From an uncultured virus (IMG/VR IMGVR_UViG_2049941000_000054) (lineage: Duplodnaviria; Heunggongvirae; Uroviricota; Caudoviricetes): a stretch of DNA of 64,000 bases. A program made the translations under genes and the position numbers. Positions 34,919 to 45,553 of this stretch are shown here, piece by piece. Under the pieces are notes generated by a model. It saw nothing but the letters and a program-made list of their open reading frames with translations. It was not told the origin of the DNA and ran no database searches. Every line of letters begins with the position of its first letter. Position 1 is the first letter of the stretch. Location of the stretch: the IMG/VR virus record IMGVR_UViG_2049941000_000054. One strand, given 5' to 3'.

Positions 34919-35071
34919 ATTTCCTCTTCCGTTAGTTCATACCATTCAACATCCGGCTGGTCAAGACCAAACCACCGGATGACATAATCCCTGTCGAAAT
35001 CCCCATAAAGGGACGGCTCAAGGATCGAGTCACTACCCACTTCCTTGAGCCTCACCCTCCAGACTTTCATT

Positions 35072-35491
35072 CTACTTGACCTTTACCTCTGCCTTCCCGT
35101 CAGTCGCCTTGTCGACGAGGTCGCCCAGGTCGGTTACCCACAGGCATTCATCTTCGTACCCTAGAGTCACGACCAACACCTTGCCGACCGCGACCTTCTT
35201 CGCCTGCTCTTCCTTGCTGTACGCCTTGAGGAAGACCAACTGCTGAATCACTCCGACTTCTTCCTCATTCTTCGGGATGACCACATACGAGGTGTTATCG
35301 TCGCAACCGCTGCCGTAGAACAACTCGCACTCGCTCTTCTGAACAAGTGACATTTTTGACAGCCTAATCTTCAGCACGCCCAGCGCACTCTTCTCGTACG
35401 CCTCGCACTCGCCCTGGATGTCGAACTCCGTTCCGTCCGCTGCGACATAGACATTCTTGTAATCCTTGATTTCAATCTTCTTTGTTTCCAT
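35072..35491 (-). CDS. Hypothetical early protein
   Basis: YVAADGTEF....EC.AYE motif; A-rich leader ATTAAAACAAAAGCATT. Confidence 0.7.
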   Translation of the reverse strand: METKKIEIKDYKNVYVAADGTEFDIQGECEAYEKSALGVLKIRLSKMSLVQKSECELFYGSGCDDNTSYVVIPKNEEEVGVIQQLVFLKAYSKEEQAKKVAVGKVLVVTLGYEDECLWVTDLGDLVDKATDGKAEVKVK

Positions 35492-35699
35492 AATGCTTTT
35501 GTTTTAATTGTTAATATTATCTCATTTTGGTCGGCTCATACTCGCCCAACTTCTTCAGCAATTTAACTTCCTCCTCGATCAGCGTGTCACCGACCGTCCA
35601 CCAATAGTCTCCTGCCCTCTCTGCATTCGCATAAAGTGAGCGGGCCATCTTTCTTAAGATAGCCCACTCGCGGTCACTCAACTTCATCGCCTCGCCCTC

Positions 35700-36014
35700 C
35701 TAGTCCATATAATCCGCCCATATCTTCCGGCCATCCCACTTGCTGAGATACCGATGGTTGTATCGTCCACCGGTCTGCCAATGGCCTTCCCAGTCCAGGC
35801 AAGGCTTCGCATAGACCTCCTTGAATTCACCAAACCTCGGTCTGTGAGGAAACAGTGGTTCCTCGTAACCCTGCTGACCTGTACAAGTCTTCTCAACCTC
35901 GTACATCTTGATGCCCTTCGCGGTCACCTTAGTGACTTTGTAAAAACAAGGGATTACCATCGAGTAACCCCACGTTCCGGCGAGAATGTCGCCCACTTTG
36001 ATTGTTGTTTCCAT
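35700..36014 (-). CDS. Hypothetical early protein
   Basis: KVGDIL..TWGYSM....FYKV motif common in phage early genes. Confidence 0.65.
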   Translation of the reverse strand: METTIKVGDILAGTWGYSMVIPCFYKVTKVTAKGIKMYEVEKTCTGQQGYEEPLFPHRPRFGEFKEVYAKPCLDWEGHWQTGGRYNHRYLSKWDGRKIWADYMD

Positions 36015-37016
36015 AACCTTATATTCTTTCAATAAAACAATACTTCCCATAACGAGCCTTCAGGCAAACNNNNNNNNNNNNNNNNNNNNNNNNNNNNNNN
36101 NNNNNNNNNNNNNNNNNNNNNNNNNNNNNNNNNNNNNNNNNNNNNNNNNNNNNNNNNNNNNNNNNNNNNNNNNNNNNNNNNNNNNNNNNNNNNNNNNNNN
36201 NNNNNNNNNNNNNNNNNNNNNNNNNNNGCTATCATTTTCCTTGCTCGCTTCTCGCTCTCGAACGTGCCCACCTCGATCCGGCAGCCGTTCAACATCCTGT
36301 AAACTCTAAACATGACTATTCACTCTTTTCTGGTCTGCTCCCAGCAATCAGAAGCATCCCGATTAAACATACAATCTGTAACATAGCTATTTCTCGTAAA
36401 ATTTACCGCCCTCAATCCCCCAATGGTTGTTCAAGAGCTGTTCGACCTGCCACTGCTTGCTGCACAATGCAATCGCCTCGCAAAAGTTGCTAATCATCAT
36501 CTCTTTCTGCCAATCCAATTCGGGCATCTCTACGTTCTCCGGCAATTCGAACACAAACGTCCGACCGCCCATTGTTCCGGCTATCTTATGGCCGTGAATG
36601 CTGCAAAACTCCTTGTACGGAGCAATCTGAATACTACGCATAATTCCTATCCTATTTACCAAAGAATCCAACGACCAGGGCTGCAACCATCGCTACCCCG
36701 AAAACTGCTATTAACACAATCGCTGCAATCGTTGCCCCAAAATGACCGCAAACGATAGCACCAAAGAAGCTGAGTAACCCTACAATCATCAGGGCTACCT
36801 CAATGTAATCTCGCTTTTCCATATTATTCGCTTTTCAACTGCCTATCGAAAATGTACTGCCTTATCCTAAACGCTCGGGAATAATTCTCCCACTCGTTTA
36901 GGGAAAAACCCTCAGCATTCGCCCATATGGCAAACAACTGCTTGCATCTGGCATTTGCCTTATCCCAAAGCATCTGCCACTTGTCTCTATTCCTCATAAC
37001 TCATCGTTATTGATTC

Positions 37017-37740
37017 GTGGGCGCATCGGGTATCGCTCAACCGACTCGCCCAGCCGTTCGCCGTTCAGCTGTCTTAACTACTTTGCCCACTTTGGGCATC
37101 CCTTCCTCTGAACCGCCATAGCCATACAGTCGCTCGGGATCTTCGGCTCCCTTGCAACTCATCAGTTCGTTTAAGGCTGTGTTTCGGTCACCCTACTCCA
37201 CTTATATGCACCCCACACCGGCCTCACCTCGACTTACTCATTATTCAGGCTACCTTCAGCACTCTCACTCCTCATCCTCTCGCTCGGCAGTCCTATCCGC
37301 TCTTTCTCGTCGTTCTATCGTGCATATCGTCCAGCTTCCTTATCATCGGGTCGGGTCGCATCATCGTCCCATCAGATGCAACGCCCTACAAGGCTTTAGC
37401 AGTGGCTGGCCACTCTCTCGTTTAAAGTCCCTTATTAACTGACCTAATTATTCTTTTTCCGCGGTTCCAACGCCCAGGACCCACCCCTGGCACGAAGATC
37501 TGCGACGCCACCCCTGTGGCTGGCGCTGGTCGGCTGCTCTTACTCGGTCGGGTCGTTCGGATACAATCCGCCCTTTCAAACATACCGTTCCAGTCATTCG
37601 CCGTCGCGTTACTCCACTGTTCGGGCAGTCTTTTCAGGACTTGTTCAGACGGCAATACATACGCCCGCCAGCCGTTCGGCCGTCGTTCGTCGTTTGCCTA
37701 TGTCGTTCAATGTCTGCCTATTCGACAGACGGAATGCATA
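37017..37740 (-). ncRNA. Candidate large structured RNA / long early leader
   Basis: >700 nt with no credible ORF, purine-rich on the minus strand, many short hairpins, ends ~20 nt before the first early ATG. Confidence 0.35.
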
Positions 37741-38950
37741 CNNNNNNNNNNNNNNNNNNNNNNNNNNNNNNNNNNNNNNNNNNNNNNNNNNNNNNNNNNN
37801 NNNNNNNNNNNNNNNNNNNNNNNNNNNNNNNNNNNNNNNNNNNNNNNNNNNNNNNNNNNNNNNNNNNNNNNNNNNNNNNNNNNNNNNNNNNNNNNNNNNN
37901 NNNNNNNNNNNNNNNNNNNNNNNNNNNNNNNNNNNNNNNNNNNNNNNNNNNNNNNNNNNNNNNNNNNNNNNNNNNNNNNNNNNNNNNNNNNNNNNNNNNN
38001 NNNNNNNNNNNNNNNNNNNNNNNNNNNNNNNNNNNNNNNNNNNNNNNNNNNNNNNNNNNNNNNNNNNNNNNNNNNNNNNNNNNNNNNNNNNNNNNNNNNN
38101 NNNNNNNNNNNNNNNNNNNNNNNNNNNNNNNNNNNNNNNNNNNNNNNNNNNNNNNNNNNNNNNNNNNNNNNNNNNNNNNNNNNNNNNNNNNNNNNNNNNN
38201 NNNNNNNNNNNNNNNNNNNNNNNNNNNNNNNNNNNNNNNNNNNNNNNNNNNNNNNNNNNNNNNNNNNNNNNNNNNNNNNNNNNNNNNNNNNNNNNNNNNN
38301 NNNNNNNNNNNNNNNNNNNNNNNNNNNNNNNNNNNNNNNNNNNNNNNNNNNNNNNNNNNNNNNNNNNNNNNNNNNNNNNNNNNNNNNNNNNNNNNNNNNN
38401 NNNNNNNNNNNNNNNNNNNNNNNNNNNNNNNNNNNNNNNNNNNNNNNNNNNNNNNNNNNNNNNNNNNNNNNNNNNNNNNNNNNNNNNNNNNNNNNNNNNN
38501 NNNNNNNNNNNGACTATAAATTTTGATAAAACGTTAATTATCTGATTTTCAATAACTTACAAACAAAAACTTTAAAAAATGACACATATACGCGCGTATT
38601 CCTCTATATGACTCTAAAATTGTATCAGTGTATTAATGTACTAATACACCAAACGACAACCAGCGATCAGGACGTGTACTACCTTACTAATACACCCACA
38701 CTGACGGCAGATCCGGATCGGCTGCCCGCTGCCTTAGTGCACTATCTTGCTAGTACACCTCCTGGGCGGTCTAAGATATGCTATTTTTATATGGTTTGTA
38801 ACGTTCGTAACGTACTACGTAAGTATAGGGAAGGGAGGCACTTAAAACGTTTTATTTTTGAAGGCAATTCCAAAGGGTAGCGAGGCTTCGCCGGAAGCGA
38901 AAGGCCAGACGCGGGGGTGCGACTCTGAAATTTTTTTTTCGTTTTTGTCG

Positions 38951-39229
38951 GTGTAGCCTGGTGTAGCCCGAAGTGCGTAAAAGTTACCAACCCTCATCCG
39001 AACTACATCCTTCATTATATTAAATATTAATAACTTATGATTTTTAGTGTAGGAATGTAGTTAGGTATTAATAAATAAAACACAAGTTGTTGCTCTTATA
39101 CGTGTATAAAAAGAATGGCATTTCAGACTACACTCCTACACTGGATCTCTGTAACTGCCGTGAGTATCAGTGCGTTAAGCCGGTGTAGTCTAAAATGTAG
39201 GGTATACACTGCCCTACACTGACTACACC
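38951..39229. repeat. Iteron-like (G/A)TGTAG / CTACA(C/T) repeats around an AT-rich core; putative replication origin
   Basis: At least 11 copies in both orientations; 15/17-bp inverted repeat 39046-39062 / 39126-39142; just upstream of the primase-helicase gene. Confidence 0.65.
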
Positions 39230-39277
39230 TGGCACGGGAATTGCAGCGCTCGGCGGATTAAAAAAAACGAATGGTCT

Positions 39278-39433
39278 ATGGACAAGAGAGAATTAAGGTT
39301 AGGTGACGAGGTGCTCTGGAACGGGCGCGTTGCGGTTGTTGACACATTGACGCAGACGTGTGTCGCGTTGGTGTGCATGGATAATGACGACTACGTGATC
39401 GTGAGTTATGCCGACGTTCAGCGGAAGAATTAG
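39278..39433 (+). CDS. Small hypothetical protein
   Basis: MDKRELRLGDEVLWNGRVAVV... (51 aa), first gene of the rightward arm. Confidence 0.5.
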   Translation: MDKRELRLGDEVLWNGRVAVVDTLTQTCVALVCMDNDDYVIVSYADVQRKN

Positions 39434-39517
39434 GNNNNNNNNNNNNNNNNNNNNNNNNNNNNNNNNNNNNNNNNNNNNNNNNNNNNNNNNNNNNNNNNNN
39501 NNNNNNNNNNNNNNNNG

Positions 39518-39967
39518 AGGTCAGTGACCTGGGGGTCGTCTACAGTGACGGGATGCCCCTGGCTGCGATCGGCGGAGTCGGTGTGAACCTCGGCGGGAAG
39601 CGGGTGAAGATCGCGGAGCTGGTTGCCGGGGCTTTCCTAGAGAAGGAGGAGGGGAAGTGCTGGGTGCGGCACCGGAACGGGGATGTGCGGGACAACCGGG
39701 TCTGCAANNNNNNNNNNNNNNNNNNNNNNNNNNNNNNNNNNNNNNNNNNNNNNNNNNNNNNNNNNNNNNNNNNNNNNNNAGGAGCCGAGGGGGCGTAGGA
39801 GCACGGAGCGGGTTGTGCGTGCGTTGCGTTTCGACGGCGAGGTGGTCGGTCAGTGGCGGAGCGTCCGGGAGGCGAGTGATGCGAGTGGTGTGAAGGCTGA
39901 GGGGATCAGGGCTTGCCTGCGAGGTGCGAGGAGGAGCAGCGGCGGGTTGCTCTGGATGGAGTTGTGA
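39518..39967 (+). CDS. HNH endonuclease-like protein with NUMOD1 domain (gapped, possibly degenerate)
   Basis: VSDLGVV...LVAGAFL...VRHRNGDVRDNRV; C-terminal FDGEVVGQWRSVREAS...IRACL.G..RSSGG..W. Confidence 0.6.
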
Positions 39968-40140
39968 ATTTGTGAGGNNNNNNNNNNNNNNNNNNNNNNN
40001 NNNNNNNNNNNNNNNNNNNNNNNNNNNNNNNNNNNNNNNNNNNNNNNNNNNNNNNNNNNNNNNNNNNNNNNNNNNNNNNNNNNNNNNNNNNNNNNNNNNN
40101 NNNNNNNNNNNNNNNNNNNNNNNNNNNNNNNNNNNNNNNN

Positions 40141-41830
40141 TTTCTTCAAGGTGGATGATGATGACCAGCTCTTCTTGTTCAACGGTCGTCACTACGAGGT
40201 GGCGAAGGAGGAGATATTGCAGGAGATCATCATCGAGGTGATGGAGGAGATGGAGGTCGGGATCGTCTATCTGGCGAACAGTGCCAAGGGGATCAAGGAC
40301 TTGTGCATGAACAAGCTGAAGACGGACGAGAGGTGTCGCTTTGTGGCGGACCGGAGGTATGTCTGTTTCCGCAATGGGGTGTTCGATTGTGTGACCGGCA
40401 AGTTGCTGGGTTTCGACGTGCGTTACAAGACGGACATCATCTTGGATTTCGACTATAAGGATGGTGCGGTGAGTGCGTTGTGGGACAAGGTCTTGGCTCA
40501 GACTGTGCCGGATGTTAATATGCGTGAGACGTTCCATCAGTTCTGCGGTTGTTTTTTAGCGAAGAGGGAAGAATACAAGATCGAGTATATCTGTTTTGTC
40601 GTGGGCGAGGGGCAGAATGGCAAGAGTATCATCTGCAAGGCGGTTATCAACACTCTCGGGAGGGGTGTCGCGAGTGCGTACAGCCCCGAGCAGCTGTTCA
40701 AGAGCAGCCAGGCGGAGTACCATCTGGCCGATGTGAACGGGAAGATAGTGAATTACTGTGACGATGTGAGCAAGAAGGACTTCTCCGGAGGCGATTTCAA
40801 GCAGTTCGTGAGTGGCGGGGGGGTTACNNNNNNNNNNNNNNNNNNNNNNNNNNNNNNNNNNNNNNNNNNNNNNNNNNNNNNNNNNNNNNNNNNNNNNNNN
40901 NNNNNNNNNNNNNNNNNNNNNNNNNNNNNNNNNNNNNNNNNNNNNNNNNNNNNNNNNNNNNNNNNNNNNNNNNNNNNNNNNNNNNNNNNNNNNNNNNNNN
41001 NNNNNNNNNNNNNNNNNNNNNNNNNNNNNNNNNNNNNNNNNNNNNNNNNNNNNNNNNNNNNNNNNNNNNNNNNNNNNNNNNNNNNNNNNNNNNNNNNNNN
41101 NNNNNNNNNNNNNNNNNNNNNNNNNNNNNNNNNNNNNNNNNNNNNNNNNNNNNNNNNNNNNNNNNNNNNNNNNNNNNNNNNNNNNNNNNNNNNNNNNNNN
41201 NNNNNNNNNNNNNNNNNNNNNNNNNNNNNNNNNNNNNNNNNNNNNNNNNNNNNNNNNNNNNNNNNNNNNNNNNNNNNNNNNNNNNCGGATGACACGGAGG
41301 GGTATTTCCGGCGTTTTTTGATTATACTGGCTCCGAATCACATTGACGAGCGGGACAAGGATGTCACTTTGGAGGCGAAGTTGCAGGCGGATGATGTGAA
41401 GGCGGCTATTTTCAACTGGATTTACGAGGGGTATAAGGCTTTTGTGGCGAACGGGGGCAAGATCGATGTGGCGTCGACCGTCAAGGACGTGATAGAGGAG
41501 ATGCGCGCGACGAGCAACTCGCTGCGGAGGTGGTTGAGTGAGTACAATTACGGGAAGGTAGAGCCGGACGGGTCTGGCGATCCTAGATGGAAGCCTCTGA
41601 AGGCTTGGTGCAAGGAGTACATAGAGTACTGCCAGGACTTCGGGGAGCAGCCGAAGAACAAGAATGCCGTCACGGAGATGTTCAAGAAGATGGGCTTGGC
41701 GAAGACGAGGAGGAGCGACGGTATGTGGTATTGCATGGGCGTTGTCGAGGAGCCGAAGCCTCGCAGGAAGGAGGAAAAGGAGGATGATATGCCGAATTTT
41801 GCTGAACCTTTGAATTATTTGCCGTTCTGA
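40141..41830 (+). CDS. D5/P4-type primase-associated SF3 helicase (gapped)
   Basis: FRNGVFD D5-N region, Walker A GEGQNGKS, Walker B NYCDD, GYFRR arginine finger. Confidence 0.85.
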
Positions 41831-42803
41831 TGGGGAAGGAAGATAAATATAGGGCGATGTACGATCCTGTGGCTGCGCTACGGAACGCTCCCCGTCTGTT
41901 GGGGATGGAGTTGACGGAGCATGGGGGCGGTCTTCAGGGAGGATATTACCTCAACGGGGATCGGCACGCATACAGGAGGGATAAGTTGAAGGTCTTCATA
42001 AGCCGTGGCGGTGTCTGGGTCAGTGAGGAAGGCGGGAGATGTGTCTCGTTGGTGCAGTGGCTGATTGAGTTCGGTGGTGCTTCGGACTGGAAGGATGCCT
42101 TGAGGATGATAAAGGGCGAGAAGCAGGCGATCNNNNNNNNNNNNNNNNNNNNNNNNNNNNNNNNNNNNNNNNNNNNTGGAATCGGGAGGTGCGTGAGAGG
42201 TCGAAGAGGGAGCTGCGGTATGTGAGCCCGGATGTGCTGATCGGGGCGAAGGGATATGACTTGAAGAGATGTGCTTTGTTTAGGTGGATGTGCGGTTTGT
42301 TCCCGGAGGAGAAAGTAAGGGAGGCGTGGAATCTGTATAATGTGACGACTGACGCGAACGGGAATGCAGTATTTTGGTATGTAGATCAGAATGGGAAGAT
42401 ATTATATGACAAGAGGATATATTATGGAGAAGATGGTCATAGGGACAAGCGGTTCTTCCCGGGAAGGAAGTTCAGAGTTGGTGACGGATATGCAGGAAAG
42501 GCTTATTTCGGAGCGTGTATTGCGAGTGACGGGCGAAAAACCTTTATTGTTGAGTCCGAAAAATCAGCGCTGCTCGGCTTCTTATATTATGGACGACGTT
42601 TTTTGGCTACCGGCGGGAAGGGCAATCTCCGTGAGGTGGAGGAAGGTATGATGCTGGTGCCGGATATGGACGCCCGGATGGAGTGGGAGGAGAAGGGAGA
42701 GGTCTGGCCTTGGTGGCGTAAGTGGGGCTTGCCGGAGTCTGAGATCGGAGATCACGCGGATATTGGCGATATGATTGTAGACAAAATACAGAAAGAGAGA
42801 TGA
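41830..42803 (+). CDS. Toprim-like primase partner (DUF6371-like), across gap
   Basis: VFWYVDQNG, YFG, IVESEKSA, LATGG, PDMD, DIGD motifs. Confidence 0.65.
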
Positions 42804-43462
42804 AGAACGCTTGGGACGGGATATGCAACGCTTATTTGAGGGCGTTTTGTAAGAAGCACCTGCTGGATATGAGCGAGGCTTACTGGGGGCACGATGATCC
42901 GGGCACGATTGCGTGCATCGAGGGTTTTTTCGTTGAGATGGATGTGATCCGTTATGATATTGACAACGATGTTGCTCCGGAGGTGTTCTGGCGATGGTAC
43001 AATTACGACCTGGATATTTGCGAGCTGGAGGAGGATTTCCGTTATTATAAGGACGAGAAGGTTTTTATCCATATAAGTTACGCCAGTTTCTGTAAAGGTG
43101 CTCCGCTCCCTTATTCCTTGCAGGAAATTTCGGATATGAGGCGCGAAATTGCGGCTATGAAGGGTCCGGTAGACCACGGGAAGGAATATATAAAGATAAT
43201 GTCGGGTATAGTCGGGACTGACATAACGGTGAGGAGTCGGAAAGCCCAGGTAACTTGGCCGAGATACCTTGTTATGTACCAGTTGAGGAAGGACGGGCTG
43301 TCGTTTCCGAAAATCGCACGCGTCTTCGGGGTGAATCATGCGACGGTGGTGCATGGGGTGAAGGGAGTGCAGGCTATGCTGGATATGCCGAGGATGTATC
43401 CCGATGAGATCAGGTTGTGGCAACGTTTTCAAAAAATAATTAAAGATGAGCAAGTTTTCTGA
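42800..43462 (+). CDS. Protein with C-terminal DnaA domain-IV-like HTH
   Basis: RSRK..V.WPRY..MY.LR..GLSFPKIARVFG.NHATVVHG. Confidence 0.7.
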   Translation: MKNAWDGICNAYLRAFCKKHLLDMSEAYWGHDDPGTIACIEGFFVEMDVIRYDIDNDVAPEVFWRWYNYDLDICELEEDFRYYKDEKVFIHISYASFCKGAPLPYSLQEISDMRREIAAMKGPVDHGKEYIKIMSGIVGTDITVRSRKAQVTWPRYLVMYQLRKDGLSFPKIARVFGVNHATVVHGVKGVQAMLDMPRMYPDEIRLWQRFQKIIKDEQVF

Positions 43463-43931
43463 CAAAATCAAGACATTCTGGTTGTTCAATCTCCAGAATC
43501 CGGTAGTCCGTAAGGGGGAGGCCGGCGGTTTCAAATGGACATTCAGGCGTTACTGGCTGACGATAGAGACGGTCAGCGGCAATTTTAAGGCGCGGTTCAC
43601 GGCGGCGGAGCATCCTTTCGGGTATCTGTTGACCGGTAAGGATAACTCGAACATTGAGGGTTACTGCCAGATGCTGTATGCGGTCGGGATGCTGCTGACC
43701 ACGGACCAGGGGCTGGTGAACGACATTACCAAGGCGTTCCAGAAGTACGACAAGAGAAGTACTCCGAAGACTGTCGAGGAAGACGAGGGCGAGGAGATCG
43801 CTGCAATCAAGGAAGTACAGGCTGTGCAGGAGCATATCGAGTTACCTAAGGCCGAGAGGAAGAAGAGGGAGAGGGATATCAACGGGCGTTTTGTTTCGGC
43901 TGTAAAAAAAGCAGAGAAACTTGCAGAATAG
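43446..43931 (+). CDS. Hypothetical protein
   Basis: 161-aa ORF overlapping the previous gene. Confidence 0.65.
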   Translation: MSKFSDKIKTFWLFNLQNPVVRKGEAGGFKWTFRRYWLTIETVSGNFKARFTAAEHPFGYLLTGKDNSNIEGYCQMLYAVGMLLTTDQGLVNDITKAFQKYDKRSTPKTVEEDEGEEIAAIKEVQAVQEHIELPKAERKKRERDINGRFVSAVKKAEKLAE

Positions 43932-43959
43932 CAAGATATTCTCTATTTTTGCACAGTAA

Positions 43960-44046
43960 GGTATGTGAGAGATACCGAGTGAAATTTTACAGCCCCTGTT
44001 AGTAGACGGTTGCTCTCACCTGCCGTTGAACGCGGGGGATTGTTTA
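43960..44046 (+). ncRNA. Kissing-loop RNA leader, copy 1
   Basis: Hairpin loop GTGAGAG complementary to second hairpin loop CTCTCAC; lies between TATTTTTG promoter (43944) and HNH ATG (44053). Confidence 0.65.
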
Positions 44047-44052
44047 TTATCC

Positions 44053-44598
44053 ATGGGGAAAGAAATTTGGAAACCGGTGGTCGGTTATGAGGGGCTATAT
44101 GATGTAAGCANNNNNNNNNNGCAAAAAAACGGGAAAAGAATTAAGATTAGAGAGCGAATTCTTAAGCCGGCTATTCAGAATAGGGGTTATGAGTTCGTGT
44201 CTTTATCAAATTCTTTAGGGCAAAAATTAAAGCTTGTCCACCAGCTTGTAGGCAAGGCATTTATACCAAACCCGGATAATAAACCGTTTATAGATCATAT
44301 CAATGGCAACAGGAGGGACAACCGAGTTGAGAATTTGAGGTGGTGCACGCCTAAAGAGAACAATAACTTTGAGCTCGCGAGAAAGCACGCTTCGGATGGT
44401 CTCCTAGGGAAAACCGGTTGGTTGTGCCCTAATTCTAAAAAGGTCAATCAATATACATTGGACGGTACTTTTATTAGAAGTTACTATGGCACTCGTGAGG
44501 CAAGTAGGGAAACTGGTATAAGAAATATATCACGAGCGTGCCTAAGCCCAACTAGGACAGCTGGCGGCTATATATGGAAATATGATAATATTAAGTAA
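44053..44598 (+). CDS. NUMOD4-HNH-NUMOD1 homing endonuclease
   Basis: EIWKPVVGYEGLYDVS, VHQLV..AFIPNP, IDHINGNRRDNRVENLRW, VNQYTLDG..I. Confidence 0.9.
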   Translation: MGKEIWKPVVGYEGLYDVSXXXXQKNGKRIKIRERILKPAIQNRGYEFVSLSNSLGQKLKLVHQLVGKAFIPNPDNKPFIDHINGNRRDNRVENLRWCTPKENNNFELARKHASDGLLGKTGWLCPNSKKVNQYTLDGTFIRSYYGTREASRETGIRNISRACLSPTRTAGGYIWKYDNIK

Positions 44599-45002
44599 TA
44601 TGAACCTCGAAATTATTCTAGATCGCATATTTGATGCGGAATGTGCAAGAAGGGCGGGTATGAATGACATGTATAACCAGATTCTTGCAAGATTAAACGG
44701 GCTATATCCGGATCTTAAAGATTATATCAGAAAGGCCATAGAGGTCTACGGGGAGGTAGGTGATTCGCTCACCGAGGCCAGAAGTCAGTATCTGAAGGAA
44801 CATAGAAGTTCTTTAAAATTAAGGTATCGATGAATAAAAGAAAAAACCAAGGAGGTTATGAAGGATGTGCAGAAGGGGTCAGACAGTGATGTATAACGGT
44901 GTCGAGTACAGGCTGACGTGGAAGGGAAGGCTATATGCGGCTTGGCTTTGCTTTTTGGAACGCATCAGAAAATAGTTATATCGATAACATTTTGTTAATT
45001 TT

Positions 45003-45542
45003 ATGGAAGATCAAAGGAACATTCATTACCGCGTGGGTGGGAAGCTCACTCACTGTGGTGTCGAGGTTCTTCCTGGCGGGAAGGACATCGAGAGAATTAT
45101 CATTGCTCGTATTGAATACAAGGAGAGCGAAATGATCAATGGTAGGACGGAGAACGGCGTATGGGTTGCACATTTTGCGCAGAACCCCTACACGTCGCTT
45201 CCGTTGATTCTTAATGCGACCAACCGGAAGAGGCTGGTTAAGTTATTCCCGGACTGTGACGGTTACATTGCAAGGCTAGAGAACGTGCCGGTAAGGCTGA
45301 CCAAGGAGAAGACCCGTGACGTGCAGGACGGTGGGGAGACCTGGGGACTCAGAATCAGTAAAATTCCGGCTTCGCCGGAGGCTGCTGCGCCTCAGAAGAA
45401 GGTTATTACAGCCGATAAGGTCGATGTTATTATCGAATGGGCGAAAAATCAGGGCTTCGGTATTGATAATGTCGCAAAAATGTACGATTTTGCGGACGAT
45501 ACCATCAAGAAGAAGATTAATGACGCCTTAATTGACGACTTG
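45003..45542 (+). CDS. Putative recombination / ssDNA-binding partner of the exonuclease
   Basis: PLILNATNRKRL and GLRI motifs; adjacent to a YqaJ-like nuclease. Confidence 0.45.
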
Positions 45543-45553
45543 NNNNNNNNNNT

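Noticed and set aside
37150..37195. Hammerhead-like words GAAA and CTGATGA on the minus strand
   Set aside because: Only 16 nt separate them and stems I-III cannot be formed
37516..38545. Long ORFs of 283-336 aa
   Set aside because: Almost entirely N-derived X residues
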